DNA from: Octopus bimaculoides
Lineage: Eukaryota
Assembly (NCBI RefSeq): GCF_001194135.2
Contig: NC_068992.1
Coordinates: 22,561,985 to 22,625,984 of the forward strand
DNA length: 64,000 nucleotides
Direction of reading: 5' to 3'
Below are positions 52,301 to 64,000 of the stretch, piece after piece (the stretch's first letter is position 1; the number at the start of each line of letters is the position of its first letter). The notes under the pieces are model-generated. The model was not told the DNA's origin, searched no databases, and saw only the letters and a program-made list of their open reading frames with translations. The translations under genes were made by a program, and so were the position numbers.

Positions 52301-53350
52301 ATACGTTAGTTTAAGTAGAATAGAACTTAATTTAAGAAAAGAGGAAACCTTCATTAATAATCCAATTGAAGTAATTTGTTCTGCATATATTTGCAAGTTA
52401 TGTTTCGTTAGGAGGAACTGAGGTACTTACTAGTGAATGCCAAATATAAAAACATTGCAAGAAAACATCTGGAATGTTATTTTACGCTTTTTATGCCGGC
52501 ACTGATCGATTGATGAGGATGCAGTTTGAATCTTGACATCCTAACGAAAGAAGAAGATCACTTTGGAACCACGTGATTTCAGGCTCAGTCCCACTACACA
52601 ACACTTCTACTGTAGTACTGGGCCGTCCAATGCATTGTGAGTGAATTTGCTAGAGGGGGAAAATGTTTGGAAGTCCATCGTATATTTATACAGGTGCATA
52701 CACACATATACACGTGTTTGGTGTGTGTGCGTGTGTGTGTGTATGTGTGCATTGGTATGTATGTATATGTGTGTGTGTGCTATCTGTGTAACACATTGTG
52801 TTTGTGTCTCCCATCACTTAGCAGCCAGTGTTGGTTTGTCACGTCCTTGTAGCCCAGCATTTCAGCCAAAATACACCGATGGAATAAATGTCAAGCTTAG
52901 AACTAGGATCGGTTTTTTCGAGTAAACTCTTCCACTCAGTGCTGCAACATAACGATTGTCTAATGATTGAAAAAAAATAAATAAAAAGATGAAAATGTAT
53001 AAAATATTGCTTGAGGGAAATACTAATTAGAAAATCACAAGTGAAAATATTCATTATTATAAAATGTTACATCGATAGAAAAATGGAGGATAATAAAGTC
53101 TTTACAGTAAATTAGACATAAATACATATAAAATGAATCCCTGTGTGGCGTTAATATAAGAATGCAATTGTTATTAAAATAATATTTGTACATCTAGAAA
53201 TTGACAAAGATTTTATAAACCTATTGACTGGGAATAAAATCGTTTTATGAGGATTTTCTTCAAGAAGCTGAACATGTGAATATTTAAATTGCCTCACAGA
53301 TTATCATAGTTTGTGTGTATCTATCTGTTTACGAACAGATCTTTATGCAG

Positions 53351-54030
53351 TTGTGTGTCTCTTTGTATGTAGAACATTTGTAACAGACGAGTGCATTTTA
53401 AGAGGAGCAGGCTGACAATAGAGCTCTATTTGATTGCTGTATGGTTATTTTCTTTTCAATTCAATATATATCATTGATAACTATGCATGATAAACAACCT
53501 TATAAAAAATATGATATAAAATATTTAAAATCGGTAAATGGAAGAAAACTGATGAAAACGAGAATAGATGCATATTTATGAAATGCAGAATATATAATAA
53601 TAGGATAGAAAACAATAAATAGTTAAAATGGCTGATAAATACCTAATATATTCTGCCTAAAATACTTCCTAGCATGGCTCACTTGAATTCAAATGATTAT
53701 ATTGTCATATATAAATGGTATTTAAACCTTAGATAATGCTATTCATGAAGCAAGTTTTCATATATTCACAGGTGAAATATTTTAAAAATAAATATTTGTT
53801 TATTCCACACATTATCGCGAGAGATAAAGACGTTTGTTTGAATTATGATGATTATTCAAGGTATATATTATCGCATGATATAGCAGTTTTACAGATTTTA
53901 TGGAGTGTAGAACTGAGTAGAGATTGAGAAGTAGTTGGCTTCGTGGGTGAAGAATGCGAAGCAACTATTATTGAGAAACAGTTCTGTTATGCTGCATTAG
54001 CGTAGGCGATTGTCGCTTAAAACACACTGC
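53351..54030 (+). pseudogene. Decayed LDLa repeats (copy C)
   Basis: Acceptor TTTATGCAG, then CLFVC...DECIL.../DNRALFDC. Second acceptor at 53770 with FIPH...DVCLNYDD, then MECRTE, GEECE and QFC..GDC. Confidence 0.5.
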
Positions 54031-54479
54031 TTCCTACCTTCTTGTTGCACACAGACACATCCAAACATACAAGCACAAAAACGCGTATATATGTACACCC
54101 CCTCCATACACAAACAAACAGACACATGTTTATTCACAACAAACTCGACTGTAATTCATCAAAAATGAATACACTAGACGGTGCATTTATTTTCGAATAT
54201 TTTTCTCCTCATATTAAATTATTCCATGAATTCAAAACTAAGAAATGTGTGCCAATGAGGTGACCACTAAATTCCACCATAGTAAAGCAGTATGACCTTT
54301 GAAAATGTCATTTGCTCTTGATAATCGGAATATATATAACATCTGCAGTTATATTGAAATAGCTTGGTGCATGAGTGGTGCCCAACTGATATACATATGT
54401 AACGCTTAGTTTATTAATCTTTTTTTTCATTTATATTCTCATTTGTAAAGAACTATTGGAGAGCTTGCACTCGTTTACC

Positions 54480-54720
54480 TAAGAAAAATGCTACGCTGGA
54501 CACAAAACGAAGACAGATCTGTTATAAATGGTTATGTCGTCCTGGACATATAAACACTTTTACAATAAATGAAACATCTGATGCCTAGAGAAAGCTCGTA
54601 GAACTTCACAGTTTCTTTACAACCTTGATATCATAATATTGATATCTTCCAACAAAACACATTCCATATTCTGTGGTTGACAATAAATATGTTGCTTTTA
54701 ACAGCCATATTGATTTTATG
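54480..54720 (+). pseudogene. Decayed LRR segment (copy C)
   Basis: VVLDI, and YNLDI/NIDIFQQNTFHIL (54618-54670), matching LxxLDISxNxIxxxxxxTF. Confidence 0.45.
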
Positions 54721-54999
54721 TTAAAGAACTCAGAAAGTCACGGCAGACGAAATATCGCTAAGCACTTCGCCCGGTGTGCTAACGTTTCTGCCAGCTCGTA
54801 AATATCACCACCAACAATTTGTTGATCATGTTTATCATCTATTTACTCTCTTTTGTGACCCTTTAAAAGGGTATTAACATAAAAGCTGATACGTCTCAAT
54901 AACGCACCTAATTACAAAATGTTTAAATGCTGGATTGAACTCTGAAGTGTAAGCTACACATTCCCTCAAAAGAAGATGTCTTCTAGCATTGTCGAAATA

Positions 55000-55230
55000 A
55001 AATCAACAACAGCCAGACCTAATGATAATTCTGTTGACCTACTAACCTTTTCGCCTATATACACTCTTTTGTGAACCAATAAAAATACCTCGAAGACCTG
55101 AAGCTGACACTCCAAAATAGAAACTCCTGATTACAAACTCCAAATATAATCAATAAGAAATCTTCCATCGCAACCTACCCTACAATCTGAACATCATTCG
55201 AAAATGCTCCGCCTACCTCAGAAATTGTTA
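55000..55230 (+). mobile_element. Possible Penelope-like RT-to-endonuclease linker fragment
   Basis: C/A-rich decayed frame with IFHRNLP...KCSAY, resembling GTFPCNxP..C..C.Y. Confidence 0.3.
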
Positions 55231-56300
55231 ACGTAACACAAGCTATATAGAACCAATATGAACTTGAATATAAGCAGTCAGAAATTTTGTGTGAATGTCA
55301 ATATTATACTTGTTAAAAAAATAACAGATGCGAACCCTACAAAAATTAGTATGTTATCCTTCAGTTTAATGAAAATATGCTTTTATTATAACGTAATGTA
55401 AAAGAAAAAAAAACAATAATTAATATATTTATATAAAAGCAGCTGCTTTTTCATATTCTCCCAAAGAACTTGAGAGTCCTATACAAAGTGGATGTAGATG
55501 TTTTCAAATCAAAGCAGGATCTCTTCGTGTGGAGCGGTGCAAATGAGGATAGCAACCTCAAACTCCTTTATTCACCAAATTCCACATATCAGAGGAGGCA
55601 CTCAATAATAACAATGTTGCAACACGGCAGTGTCCCTGTGTGATCACAGCTTTCAGATGAAACTGATAAAAAGTATATATATACTACGTTTTAAAGCATT
55701 ACCTATTACCTACATAGTGTCCCTCGGTTAAAAGCAAATTATATATGTATATTTGTATGTATGTATGTATGTATGTATGTATGTGAGCATGTATGTATAT
55801 ATATATATANNNNNNNNNNNNNNNNNNNNNNNNNNNNNNNNNNNNNNNNNNNNNNNNNNNNNNNNNNNNNNNNNNNNNNNNNNNNNNNNNNNNNNNNNNN
55901 NNNNNNNNNNNNNNNNNNNNNNNNNNNNNNNNNNNNNNNNNNNNNNNNNNNNNNNNNNNNNNNNNNNNNNNNNNNNNNNNNNNNNNNNNNNNNNNNNNNN
56001 NNNNNNNNNNNNNNNNNNNNNNNNNNNNNNNNNNNNNNNNNNNNNNNNNNNNNNNNNNNNNNNNNNNNNNNNNNNNNNNNNNNNNNNNNNNNNNNNNNNN
56101 NNNNNNNNNNNNNNNNNNNNNNNNNNNNNNNNNNNNNNNNNNNNNNNNNNNNNNNNNNNNNNNNNNNNNNNNNNNNNNNNNNNNNNNNNNNNNNNNNNNN
56201 NNNNNNNNNNNNNNNNNNNNNNNNNNNNNNNNNNNNNNNNNNNNNNNNNNNNNNNNNNNNNNNNNNNNNNNNNNNNNNNNNNNNNNNNNNNNNNNNNNNN

Positions 56301-56349
<49 letters not shown>

Positions 56350-56959
56350 GCTATTGTTTGTATTGGTTTTAGTTCTCTTTTTAGCTTTTTTATAATATTT
56401 TGTATTTATTATTCTTTATTCAGTAAGCCAAAATTCTGTTGAGTTGAATAATAATGTTTACAGTTGAAAAATACTGTGCGAAGCACTGGGGAGAGATAGT
56501 GCAAAATAAAGGGGAAAATAGATGGAAGAAGCTAATGTAAGATATAAAGAGAGAAAAGGTGCGAGAGAGAGAGAGAGAGAGAGAGGGAAAGAGAAGGAGA
56601 GAGAGAGAGAGAGAGAAAGACCGAAATACCACACTGAAAAAAGAAAGAAAGCGAGATAAAAGTAGGAGTGAATTTGCCGAAAGAGGGTAGATAGAGGCGA
56701 AGTTAGAGTTAAGAAGGATAGATCAAAAAGGAAAAAGGAGTATGATATGAAATGTCGAGAGAAGAATATGGAAACAGAAAGTTGGAAATAATATAAAAAA
56801 AAAGATGTCAGGACTTACTATAAATTTAGATATTCTAGCACATTCCAAAAGTCAAGGAATATAGTTGAGTTACCGTTTAAATGTTGTGAGGAATGAATTT
56901 GTAAAGTAAAACAAAGTGAACTGTATTCAACTGCATTTTATACAGCAAGTGAGTACATT

Positions 56960-57090
56960 CTCTGTGATTGTTAAACCTCACATTATTTTTGTTAGCTATG
57001 CATTTAAGTAATATTGAACTTCAATGATCATGCTGTAAGTGAGGTATTTATTGGCAATTTGGTATTAAGTGTAATTTGTTCATTCATAAA
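56960..57090 (+). pseudogene. Possible decayed LRR segment
   Basis: NLTLFLLAMHLSNIE / EVFIGNLVLSVI. Confidence 0.3.
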
Positions 57091-57144
57091 TTACATAATC
57101 AAAGTGAGAGAGAGAAAGAGAGTGTGCTACATAGACACACACAC

Positions 57145-57190
<46 letters not shown>

Positions 57191-57730
57191 GTCACATTCT
57201 GTGTCACACTCTAACTACGTTGAGGCTACGCGCGTGCTCAGACATTGCACGTTAATTTGACGTGTAATCTGTTTCATTGATCCGATCAACAAGAACGCAT
57301 GTCGTTGTAACCGACACAGTACCTTCAATACACACACACTCATACCCCCCCCCCACACACACACAAACACACACATAAACACGTATGTATGTATGTAAGA
57401 ACACAGTTATGATTTGATATTTACGACTGCTGCTTCGGAAGAATTTAAGTTATGTATTCATAGATTGCATCATAACATATAATACACCACCTTCAAGTTG
57501 AAATTTAAACAGGTATAAACAGGTGAGATAATACTTTGATGGTGAGGAATCCAACCAACACTCTCTAGACCACGTTGTGTGTTATGTTCTTCGACAAAAC
57601 ATTTCACCTTTCGTTGCCCTGCGATCACTTTGTCACTTCACGTGTGGTACATCGTGCACCTGAAAGGCTGTACAGGCATATATATACATACGTACATCTA
57701 TACATATATACAAACACACACAAACACACG

Positions 57731-57763
<33 letters not shown>

Positions 57764-57822
57764 GATGCGAATTTACAAAACAAAATACGACAAAAACGGG
57801 TGTGTAAGCAACAAACAGATGC

Positions 57823-58090
57823 ATTAGTTTAACGCTCGGGAAGTGAGAAAGTCTTTTACGTTTCGAACCTACGCTCTTCGACAGAAAGGAACACAGAAAT
57901 AAACAGGGAGAGAAAATAGAAAAAAGGTATAGTGATGTATGTATGTACATACAGAAATATAGTTCAAATAAAATTTACAGAAAACAACAGACGAAGTGAA
58001 GGAGCAACAAACAGGTGAATTAGTTTAACGCTCGGGAAGAATGGAAAAATCTTTGGCGTTTCGAGCCTACGCGCTCCGACAGAAAGTATT
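57823..58090 (-). mobile_element. Tandem pair (period 196 bp) of Penelope-type repeats carrying hammerhead-like motifs
   Basis: ATTAGTTTAACGCTCGGGAAG...CGTTTCGA.CCTACGC...CGACAGAAAG occurs at 57823 and 58019. Confidence 0.8.
57853..57888 (-). ncRNA. Variant minimal hammerhead ribozyme motif
   Basis: CUUU-CUGUCGA-A-GAGC(GUAG)GUUC-GAAACGUA-AAAG. Helix I CUUU/AAAG, hairpin helix II, palindromic ACGU helix III, GUA triplet. The core has A6U. Confidence 0.55.
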
Positions 58091-58209
58091 AAGAGTAGTA
58101 AAGACGGAGGAAGAAAGAAAAAAAAACAGAAGGAAGAGAGCGAAATTCTGTATATGTATGTAAGTACACATACTTTCGTATCTTCACTATCATATCCAGT
58201 ATTAAATTT

Positions 58210-58672
58210 TTCCGGTTATCATTGGTGTGCTACCCTTTGCTGTGTCCATATTGAAAACAGTTGCATACCAGCGTTTCAACTAGTCTTGCTGTAATGAATA
58301 TAACAAATAGATCCATCTTACAGTTTATAATTTTCTTATTTGCTTATCTTTGAAACATTATAGCGTTGGGGAACTTCTATTTTCCTTTATTTGTTTATAA
58401 CATTTTAGCGAAGATAGAAAGGCCTAAACATCGGGTAGCTTCCATTGAGATATTTGAATAGTAGCGTTTAAGTTTCTATAATTCACTTTGAGAACTACAT
58501 TCCGTTGCCCAGTTAAACTGAGTAGATGGCATTAACCGCTTTCTTCATGTGCTATTTTGAGGCATATTTCATTTTGTAAATACTATAAAATATTACTACA
58601 CCTCATAATATGTATTATGATACTCCAAGCCAATTCCAAGAATTAGATAGCCTTCAGTAACATTTACTGATG
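58210..58672 (+). pseudogene. Decayed GRL101-like hinge and TM1-TM3 (copy C)
   Basis: TLCCVHIENSCIP (from 58232; CC...C.P), SCC, IIALGNF (58357-58377; TM1), LN*VDGI (TM2), F*GIF (FRG.Y), SVTFTD then possible donor GTAAAC at 58673. Confidence 0.55.
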
Positions 58673-59644
58673 GTAAACAGTTAATTTCAAATGTTAGATT
58701 ATATTTACCAAATACTAGATTCCATGGACATCTTCCATACATTTATTTCTCTTAGAATTAAAAAAAAAAATTCCTCAGTGAGTAAATTAATTTGCAGCTA
58801 TTATTGAAATACACAAATACACAGAAAAATACGTATATTTGAAAACATATCTCAGTTTGTTATTGATTTAAATGCCATTTCAGTGCGTGAGTGCGTGAGT
58901 GTGTGTGTGTGTGTGTGTATACGTGTTTATAGCCATATGCATATGTGTGTATACACGTATATTTTAAAATTTTATATTTATATATATATATATATNNNNN
59001 NNNNNNNNNNNNNNNNNNNNNNNNNNNNNNNNNNNNNNNNNNNNNNNNNNNNNNNNNNNNNNNNNNNNNNNNNNNNNNNNNNNNNNNNNNNNNNNNNNNN
59101 NNNNNNNNNNNNNNNNNNNNNNNNNNNNNNNNNNNNNNNNNNNNNNNNNNNNNNNNNNNNNNNNNNNNNNNNNNNNNNNNNNNNNNNNNNNNNNNNNNNN
59201 NNNNNNNNNNNNNNNNNNNNNNNNNNNNNNNNNNNNNNNNNNNNNNNNNNNNNNNNNNNNNNNNNNNNNNNNNNNNNNNNNNNNNNNNNNNNNNNNNNNN
59301 NNNNNNNNNNNNNNNNNNNNNNNNNNNNNNNNNNNNNNNNNNNNNNNNNNNNNNNNNNNNNNNNNNNNNNNNNNNNNNNNNNNNNNNNNNNNNNNNNNNN
59401 NNNNNNNNNNNNNNNNNNNNNNNNNNNNNNNNNNNNNNNNNNNNNNNNNNNNNNNNNNNNNNNNNNNNNNNNNNNNNNNNNNNNNNNNNNNNNNNNNNNN
59501 NNNNNNNNNNNNNNNNNNNNNNNNNNNNNNNNNNNNNNNNNNNNNNNNNNNNNNNNNNNNNNNNNNNNNNNNNNNNNNNNNNNNNNNNNNNNNNNNNNNN
59601 NNNNNNNNNNNNNNNNNNNNNNNNNNNNNNNNNNNNNNNNNNNC

Positions 59645-59933
59645 TATAATCAATTCGTCTTGGATTTTTCTCATATATAATGTTAACCCTACTATTGAAA
59701 TTATGAAGCACATAACAATTTATTTATTTTACTGATACCATGAATTTGAGGCCAGGGTTCTTAGTTAAACTATGGGCATAGAAAATAAAACGCGAGTATT
59801 CGAGCTAAACTGCACATGTTATGGACCTGCAACAACTGAATGTAACTCAGAACAACAAAAGATTTCATCTCATGCACAAATTGTTTTGCAAGAGAAATGT
59901 CCTCTAGCTGTAAAGTAATTCAACTGATCAATA
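59645..59933 (+). pseudogene. Possible TM7 and C-terminal tail of copy C, after an assembly gap
   Basis: IINSSWIFLIYN resembles LPINSxxNPFLY; a mostly open tail runs to a stop near 59933. Confidence 0.3.
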
Positions 59934-60304
59934 TAACATTTTCCATTTTGAGCAAATATCAAACCTTTGTGCGTATGGGGACAAATATAACAAAGGAAAA
60001 AATAACAATAACCACAGCAGCAACAACATTAGTAACTGTAACAACAAGGATAATCATAATAACAACTATATTTTTAATACGGTTATTAATAATATGAGAC
60101 GAGAAGAAAAAGAAGAAGGCGAAGATGAAGGAGAAGAAAGCTTTATTCATTGTCCGTTTTTTATTCAGTAGGAACATATAAATTATGCGGGTTTAAAGTA
60201 CAGTAATAAAGATACGACAGGAGTAGGAGGTGCAAAGGGAATCTAAAATATATTACGAAGTTTTTAATGTTTCATTATTTTAGGAAAATTCACTAAATAG
60301 ACAC

Positions 60305-60358
<54 letters not shown>

Positions 60359-60559
60359 TACAGATACTCACATATGTTTGTATATATACATACAGGTATA
60401 AGTAAAAGAGATATAATTAAAGAAATCAATTTTTCTTGCGTCAACTCAAAGTGTCCTTCAGTTCTCGTTATCTTTCCGCTCAACCCCTTCCGTAAGCAAA
60501 GATTATATATATATATGCACATACACATGTTTGATGTATCTTACTTGGTCTGTGTAGTT

Positions 60560-61250
60560 TTTGTTTCAAATCAATTATAGCTTTCTGGAGCCAAATGAAG
60601 GCTTCCTCTAATTCTCGCTTTCTTTCTCTTCCATTTGAACTTTTTCCAAATAACCAATATTTTGCCCTGAAAATCACCTTTGTTTTAATGTAAATGCGGT
60701 CCTCTGTCGGTCCCTTACGAAAGTGCACAAAGTAGGAGCTGGTTTCCTAAATCTGTATTGGATTTCTTTTTAACTTTTCATACTGCCTGCTAAAAGGGTT
60801 ATTCGGTCCATCGTTCAGTAGAATAACTATGCAAATCAAGGAGGTCTGAATGTACTTTGACTTGGATTTATTCTAATTTTTGACTCAAAGTGCATTCCTT
60901 ATCACATGGTTCACCAAAGACTAGATTGTATCTTTGTTGCCACGGCATGCCTTCACCACGCAGGCCCGTCAAACAGACTTCCTCTACTTGAGTCTAAGAT
61001 CACGCGCATTAGCTCTGACAGCGTAACCTTTATGATAATCTTGCTGAAGCAAGTTAGTTGCGCTGCCTTTCGTAAAGGCTAGCTTTCTGACTAGCTCGCC
61101 TTCTACTCTAGTTTTCTCTGTCGCTACTCCTTTACTAAATCTTATTGATTCTACTCTAATTCTCGCTATTTTGCAGGTTGGTGTAAATCTTTTCTGCGAA
61201 AATGAAGCATGATTTTGGCAATTCAGTGCCAAGCCGACAATGTTTGGCAG
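60560..61250 (-). mobile_element. Decayed L1/Tx1-clade LINE ORF2 (endonuclease-RT linker)
   Basis: HKGYAVRANARDL (G..VRAR), KDTI*SL, and KGPTEDRIY...FRAKYWLFGKSSNGR (KSPG.DG region). Confidence 0.7.
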
Positions 61251-61419
61251 AGTTTTATATAAAACGTGTTCAGCACTTCGTTTTATTTTGTTTTTCAGGC
61301 TTTCTATATTTCTTTATTTATGTATCATTTTAATCTTTATCATTTTGTCGAAACCCATGTAGATTTTCAATAACTTCTCATTGAATTTCTAAATAGATTT
61401 TTAAGATCAAAGTTTGTTT

Positions 61420-61552
61420 TTGTCATCATCATCATCATCATCATTATCGTCATCATCATCGTCATCATCATTATTGCTGTGATAGAATTAACATTAATTT
61501 TTTTTCATCATCATCATCACCATCATCATCATGATCTTCGTCGTCGTCGTCG

Positions 61553-61589
<37 letters not shown>

Positions 61590-61810
61590 GATCATCATCA
61601 TCATCATCTTTATAATTCTCATGATGATCATGATGATCATGATGATCACCATAATCATCACCGTCATCGTCGTGAAAGTGGTGATGGCTGTTGTTGTCGA
61701 AGTTGTTTTTGTTTTGGCGTTGTGTTGTTGGTGGTCTTATTGCTATTATAAGCCATTATATAACATCATCACCGTCACCATCATCATCACCATCACCAAC
61801 ACCATCCGGT
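61420..61810 (+). repeat. Degenerate (CAT)n/(CGT)n microsatellite field
   Basis: Read directly; it produces the spurious poly-His ORFs. Confidence 0.92.
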
Positions 61811-62084
61811 AAAGTAGCAGAGGTGCTAGCATCTGCAGAGTCATCAGTATTAATGGCAATAACCGTAGGAATTTTGATATAGTTGTGTACACATTAGAGT
61901 CGATGGTGTTTACATAGTACTTAATTTTATAACATATTCAGAACATTGACTTCTATAATATACAGACGAGATGCAGAGAAAGATTGAGCAAAAACAACAA
62001 CAACAACAACAACAATAAGAACATTAAGAACAAATATTTAGTGTATACAGCCGTTACCATAATTATTTTGGCTAAATTGTTAGC

Positions 62085-62462
62085 AGACCTGATAGGAAGC
62101 TCAGCCTCAGTTTTTTACGTTTATACACACTGCGTTCAAATTCTGTCCCGGTTCAATTTGCCTTGTACCCCTTTCAGGGTCTATAAAATAAGTACTAGTT
62201 GAACAGTGAGCCTCTATCCCGAAATTACGGGTATTGGGCCAGAATTTGAAACCAATATAAGGCCGCAAGCTGGCAGAATTGTTAGTATGCCGGCCGAAAT
62301 GCTTAACAGCATTTCGTCCGTCTTTGCATTCTGAATTCAAATTCCGCCGAAGTCGACTTTACCTTTCATCCTATCGGGGTCGATAGATTAAATTACACAC
62401 TGGGGTCGATATAATCGACTAACCCCCCTCCCCGAGGTTTCAGGCCTTGTACCTATAGTAGA

Positions 62463-62493
<31 letters not shown>

Positions 62494-62724
62494 GTTGTTG
62501 TTGTTGTTGTTGTTGTTTTTGTTATTAGCGCTGTCTTTTACTTTCAATTTTGTTTCCTTTTCTTGTGTGCCTTACACTTTGAGTTCAAATTCCACTGGAG
62601 TCGACTTTGACTTTCATCCCTTCGGGGTCGATTAATTAAGTACCAGTCAATTGCTGGGGTCGATGTGATCGACTACCCCCTCCCCTCCCCTCAAATTCCA
62701 CATCTTGTGCCTTTAGTAAAATGA

Positions 62725-62730
<6 letters not shown>
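62085..62730. mobile_element. Cluster of SINE family 2 copies in mixed orientation
   Basis: Repeated GTCGACTTT.CCTTTCATCC..TCGGGGTCGAT cores. Confidence 0.85.
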
Positions 62731-62778
<48 letters not shown>

Positions 62779-63268
62779 GAGTAATAGAGCAGTGTATGCC
62801 ATCAAAGTGATACTGGGGTAAAATATATTAAGCCCAGTATACCCATTATGACTACCCATCTGATAACGGTACACCAGGCACATGCTTCACAACCACATGT
62901 GCGCGAGATGATGATCTCATATCAAGATAAACAGCGCATGAACTTGCAGGTGGGGGCCTAGTTAGGATTTCCCTCAAGCTGAGTAGCCCATCCCGCTGAA
63001 AGGGTCCCTGAATAAGGTTTATTTAAGGATGTTGAGCGAAACACCCATGTTTCCAAATGTTAATTATCCAAGCGGCAAATAATTCCTTTCAATACACGGA
63101 TATGATGCTCACCCCAACTACTTCTGCTCGTGATCAGAGAGGCATAGATCATGAGCCACTAAGGGACATGCTCAACTGGTTAAGGTAAAACAAGTGACAA
63201 GCAAATCTGTGGTATTGAGTAGAATATTTGTTTGCTGCAGCCCATTTTTTATAGCAAGCCAAAACAAT
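62779..63268 (-). mobile_element. Unclassified retroelement end terminating in (AAT)n on the minus strand
   Basis: GC-richer non-coding block whose minus-strand end (...CTGCTCTATTACTC) abuts (AAT)n. Confidence 0.5.
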
Positions 63269-63269
63269 G

Positions 63270-63712
<443 letters not shown>

Positions 63713-64000
63713 AACAACAAAAACAATTTCAACAGTTGTAGTCTCATCGTCATCACCTCCATCAACCTTACTATTATCACTGATATTATTTACACCTACT
63801 ATATTTGTACCCTATCTTCATCTAAACCTGCAAATGCACATAGGGATATCCCCTTCCACCCCGAAAAAAATCAATAGTCAATCTGTAATTAACATTTTAA
63901 TAAAAGTTTATCTGCAAGTGTGTGTAACTCCACATATAACTCCATCACTAAGCAAACCTATTTACCTTCCTGCACACAAACAGTATGCAAGTATATATAT

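Noticed and set aside
741-59713. Long ORFs filled with X in the ORF track
   Set aside because: They span assembly N gaps and flanking (TA)n/(CA)n tracts and carry no coding information.

Overview
AT-rich, repeat-dense eukaryotic draft-assembly window with many N gaps, most flanked by microsatellites. The repeat content looks like an octopus (coleoid cephalopod) genome; this is an inference from recognised SINE families and microsatellite load. I find no intact protein-coding gene, and the long ORFs in the track are gap, microsatellite or transposon artefacts. Manual reading of broken frames on the + strand suggests a tandem array of heavily decayed GRL101-like leucine-rich-repeat GPCR (LGR) pseudogenes. 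Receptor cores are recognisable at about 1.6-2.6 kb, 12.1-13.0 kb, 24.1-24.4 kb and 58.2-59.9 kb. The last copy (about 29.6-59.9 kb) appears to have a mosaic ectodomain of MAM, LDLa, SRCR, possible C-type lectin, more LDLa and LRR modules. Interspersed elements include Tc1/mariner relics, R4/Dong-like restriction-like-endonuclease (RLE) LINE 3' ends in (AAT)n tracts, RTE, CR1/L2-like, L1/Tx1 and Penelope-like fragments, two abundant SINE families and MITEs. Two families of minimal hammerhead-ribozyme motifs with palindromic helix III are present, one inside a tRNA-headed SINE that occurs as an inverted pair. All domain calls come from eye-matched motifs across frameshifts and stops and need HMM/tblastn confirmation.
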